A stretch of DNA of 39,398 nucleotides, taken from positions 1 through 39,398 of the forward strand of contig JABLTJ010000031.1 in assembly GCA_013166775.1 (NCBI GenBank), written 5' to 3'. A model generated the notes under the pieces. That model ran no database searches. It was not told the origin of the DNA and was given only the letters and a program-made list of their open reading frames with translations. The translations under genes and the position numbers were made by a program. The DNA comes from Promethearchaeati archaeon. Its GTDB lineage: Archaea; Asgardarchaeota; Heimdallarchaeia; Heimdallarchaeales; Heimdallarchaeaceae. Position 1 is the stretch's first letter. Every line of letters begins with the position of its first letter. Below, one piece after another: positions 36,726-39,398 of this stretch.

Positions 36726-37604
36726 ATGGGTTTACTATTTGGAACACGTCCCTTTGAATTTGTAGATTTTTTTTCTTTATTCCAAGATGGAAAATTAGAT
36801 TTTACAAAACTGAACTACATTGAAGTTGTTAATAAGCACATGAGTGCTGGCTTTAAACACTTCGAAATAAATGGTGATTTAGTTCATGTTCTTCCTGGAA
36901 TAATTACGCCAGAGGTGATTAAGGTACTTGCAGAGATTAAAGAACAGAACGATATTTCTTTTTCAGTGCATTTACCTCTTTGGGCCATTGAACCCGCTGC
37001 TTTTGCCAGTCAGATAAGAAAGGCATCCGCAGACATCTTCATTGACTGCATTAATCTTACCAAACCATTAGATCCTGTTTGTTGGGTGATACATCCAACC
37101 GGAGCTCTTACCGTGGAATTCATCAATCTAAATTTGCCAGATTTTGCTAAGAGAGTTATGTTAAGTCAATTCTCATCATATGCAGCAGAAGTAATCAAGA
37201 CTATAATCACAGAAACAGAAATTTCTTCTAGGAAAATTGCAGTAGAAAACATTGAATTTCCCTTTGAGATTATGTATCCAATAATTGAACAGCTTGACCT
37301 AAGCATTTGTTTTGACACAGGACATCAGTTAGCAGGTTTTTCAGGGAAAGATAGTATTATGGAATTTGTAAACAAATACTATAATCGCATAATTGAACTT
37401 CATCTGCATGATGGTGCATATCCACGGATAGATCACAAACCTTTAGGAACTCAAAATCTTCCGACAAGAGATTTGTTATTGAAATTAAAAGAGAATGAAT
37501 TCTCAGGACCTTTGGTTTATGAATTAAATTTCGATGAAATATTACAATCAATGGATTTTGTAAGAAAAAATATTCCAGAGGTATTGAAAGAAAATTCAGG
37601 ATAA
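36726..37604 (+). CDS. AP-endonuclease-2/xylose isomerase-like TIM barrel, CbiR-like phosphodiesterase
   Basis: SVHLP, VIHP, AVEN, FDTGH, LHLHD, DH, YE metal ligands. Confidence 0.75.
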   Translation: MGLLFGTRPFEFVDFFSLFQDGKLDFTKLNYIEVVNKHMSAGFKHFEINGDLVHVLPGIITPEVIKVLAEIKEQNDISFSVHLPLWAIEPAAFASQIRKASADIFIDCINLTKPLDPVCWVIHPTGALTVEFINLNLPDFAKRVMLSQFSSYAAEVIKTIITETEISSRKIAVENIEFPFEIMYPIIEQLDLSICFDTGHQLAGFSGKDSIMEFVNKYYNRIIELHLHDGAYPRIDHKPLGTQNLPTRDLLLKLKENEFSGPLVYELNFDEILQSMDFVRKNIPEVLKENSG

Positions 37605-37642
37605 AGGTAAAAATTTATTTGTAGAGTCTCAAATTAAGAATT

Positions 37643-38053
37643 ATGTCTTTAGTAATTACAACTGAACTAAAAATAGACGCTAATAGATTCAAAGAAGTAG
37701 AAGAAGTTACACGAGAAGTTCTTGCAGACAATGGTTTTGGAATATTAACTGAAATAGATGCTAAAGAGGTTTTGAAAAAGAAAATCAGTGCAGATATTCG
37801 TCCGTATAAAATCCTAGGAGCTTGTAATCCTCCATTTGCACATAAAGCTATTATCTTAGTTCCAGAAATAGGATCTCTACTTCCATGTAATGTAATCATT
37901 TATGAGAACGAAGAGAATAACATAGTTGTTTCTGCAATGAATCCAAAAGAAGCAATGAGCATCCTTAAAAGCAATGAACTTAATTTAATTGCAAACGAAG
38001 TTAACGAAATTCTAACAGATTCTATCAAAGAAATCGAAAGAAGATTCTCTTAA
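37643..38053 (+). CDS. DUF302 family protein
   Basis: GFGILTEID, YKILGACNP.FA, LLPCNV. Confidence 0.92.
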   Translation: MSLVITTELKIDANRFKEVEEVTREVLADNGFGILTEIDAKEVLKKKISADIRPYKILGACNPPFAHKAIILVPEIGSLLPCNVIIYENEENNIVVSAMNPKEAMSILKSNELNLIANEVNEILTDSIKEIERRFS

Positions 38054-38055
38054 CA

Positions 38056-38700
38056 CTACTTGGTTCCTAAAAAGAATATTCTAAATGGGTGAACTTTGGA
38101 TTCCATTATTCCCGCCATAACAGCTGGATCTTGTTTTTGGAACTGGTTTGCTTCATCCAAGCTCTCTGCAGAAAAGACTGATACACCAAAAGTTCCTTCT
38201 TCAAGTATTGGTCCAGCTAGGAATAGTTTTTTCTTATCATATCTGCTTTTAAGGTATTGAAAATGTATCCCCATGACTTTGTTCTCTTCTTCAGTTACAT
38301 CGTTTATGAAAGTTGGACGAGGAGTTACTGTACCTAGATATTGGTTTGTCGAGGTTTTATAAAGTGATTTTATATTAACTCCTTTTTCAGTTTCAACTTC
38401 TTCCACAGGTTCATTAAGAACTAAAGAAGCCCGAAAATCAAATAATGAAACAGGAAAGATGTTTTTCTTTGTATAAGGATCGTTGTCTACTATTTCCTCA
38501 GCTTGTTCTCTATCTTTACATTTGACAATAATAATCTCACAGAACTCATTTAACGTAGTACCTGCTAGAATTAGATTATCATTGTTTTTTAAATTCTTCA
38601 AGTACACAAGATGCTGGATTATGAGATATTTATTAACTTCAAGAGAATTAGTAAAATTTACTTCGGAGAGATTAAATAGATAAATGAACTCCTTTGACAT
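38056..38700 (-). CDS. Tandem YciI-domain protein
   Basis: Two repeats of H..YL...LAG...DP. Confidence 0.85.
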   Translation of the reverse strand: MSKEFIYLFNLSEVNFTNSLEVNKYLIIQHLVYLKNLKNNDNLILAGTTLNEFCEIIIVKCKDREQAEEIVDNDPYTKKNIFPVSLFDFRASLVLNEPVEEVETEKGVNIKSLYKTSTNQYLGTVTPRPTFINDVTEEENKVMGIHFQYLKSRYDKKKLFLAGPILEEGTFGVSVFSAESLDEANQFQKQDPAVMAGIMESKVHPFRIFFLGTK

Positions 38701-38733
38701 AGGTCTTCTAAATAAGAATTGTAAGGTGATATT

Positions 38734-39398
38734 TTATTTTTCTTCTAGAACATATTTGTCTCCTTCGACCACTGGTGTTTTAATCGTTACTCCTTCAAAA
38801 GGATATTTTCGAGAAATTATATTATGAGGAGTTCCAGCATTTACTCTCAAAAGTGTATTTGCTTTACATATTATTACTTCATCATCAATTAGTAATTTTC
38901 TTTCCCCTCTTATTGTTAAATACCATTCTGTACTTTGTTTATGATAATGGCATACATCTTTATGATCATTCGCTCTCTGTTCTTCTTCTGTTGGAAAATT
39001 AACGTAAGTTAAGCAAAATTCTTCTGTATAGTAAAGAGCATGCCCAATACCTACTTGCCAAGTATTTTGGTTTTTCTTGTTGTTCAAATCAATAAAAAAC
39101 CCTATTGAAGGATCAAGATTATTTTCTACTTCACCTTTCTTCATCATATCTAATATTTTACCAATAGCTCTAGTTTTTGAATCAATAATCTTTTCGTCTT
39201 TTTGATGAGGAATTTTCAAACCAAAATGTTGTATTTTTCCTTTTCCACCTATTATTGAGTGTGAAATTCCTGGTTGAACAAGTAAAAGACTACGTCCCTT
39301 CATAATGATAGGAACTTCATCTACTACATGCCAAAGTTCACCTTCTATTAAGAGATAGATTTCTAGAGAAATACTATGAGAATGAAAATTAGGATCTT
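38734..39398 (-). CDS. Bicupin protein (5'-truncated by window edge)
   Basis: Frame is open to the window end, giving FHSH...EIY...G...PGISH as a first cupin. HYHK..TEWY...AGTPH is the second. Confidence 0.85.
   Translation of the reverse strand, partial: DPNFHSHSISLEIYLLIEGELWHVVDEVPIIMKGRSLLLVQPGISHSIIGGKGKIQHFGLKIPHQKDEKIIDSKTRAIGKILDMMKKGEVENNLDPSIGFFIDLNNKKNQNTWQVGIGHALYYTEEFCLTYVNFPTEEEQRANDHKDVCHYHKQSTEWYLTIRGERKLLIDDEVIICKANTLLRVNAGTPHNIISRKYPFEGVTIKTPVVEGDKYVLEEK

Noticed and set aside
4384-38683. Numerous short ORFs antisense to or nested in well-supported genes (e.g. 10771-11085, 21472-21735, 23552-23923, 25800-26525, 37615-37899)
   Set aside because: Shadow ORFs of real genes with no motifs.

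Overview
AT-rich archaeal chromosome segment, most consistent with an Asgard (Heimdallarchaeia-like) archaeon. The assignment is inferred from a eukaryote-type two-domain Rpo5/RPB5, a longin-like protein, FBP aldolase/phosphatase, cofC/cofD, AK6, oapA/B/C and a bacterial-type plsY. The first ~9 kb holds two FtsX/LolD-type ABC exporter cassettes. A disturbed accessory patch at ~8.8-11.8 kb contains a Ras/Rho-like GTPase fragment joined to a diverged copy of the ABC ATPase tail. It also contains a solo TnpB whose RuvC-II is rearranged in the Fanzor-like way (Gly at the canonical Glu, alternative Glu before the Zn finger), flanked by plus-strand structured RNA-like regions both upstream and downstream. 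The rest is mostly housekeeping. Other highlights are an RPB5 with an H1-like (PAKKTT)7 tail, an arsR-[two unannotated Cys-Cys micro-proteins]-arsM cluster, and a class II aldolase + SBPase-like class I bisphosphatase + FBPA/P cluster. No rRNA, tRNA or CRISPR array was seen. All family calls are by eye from motifs; no database search was run.
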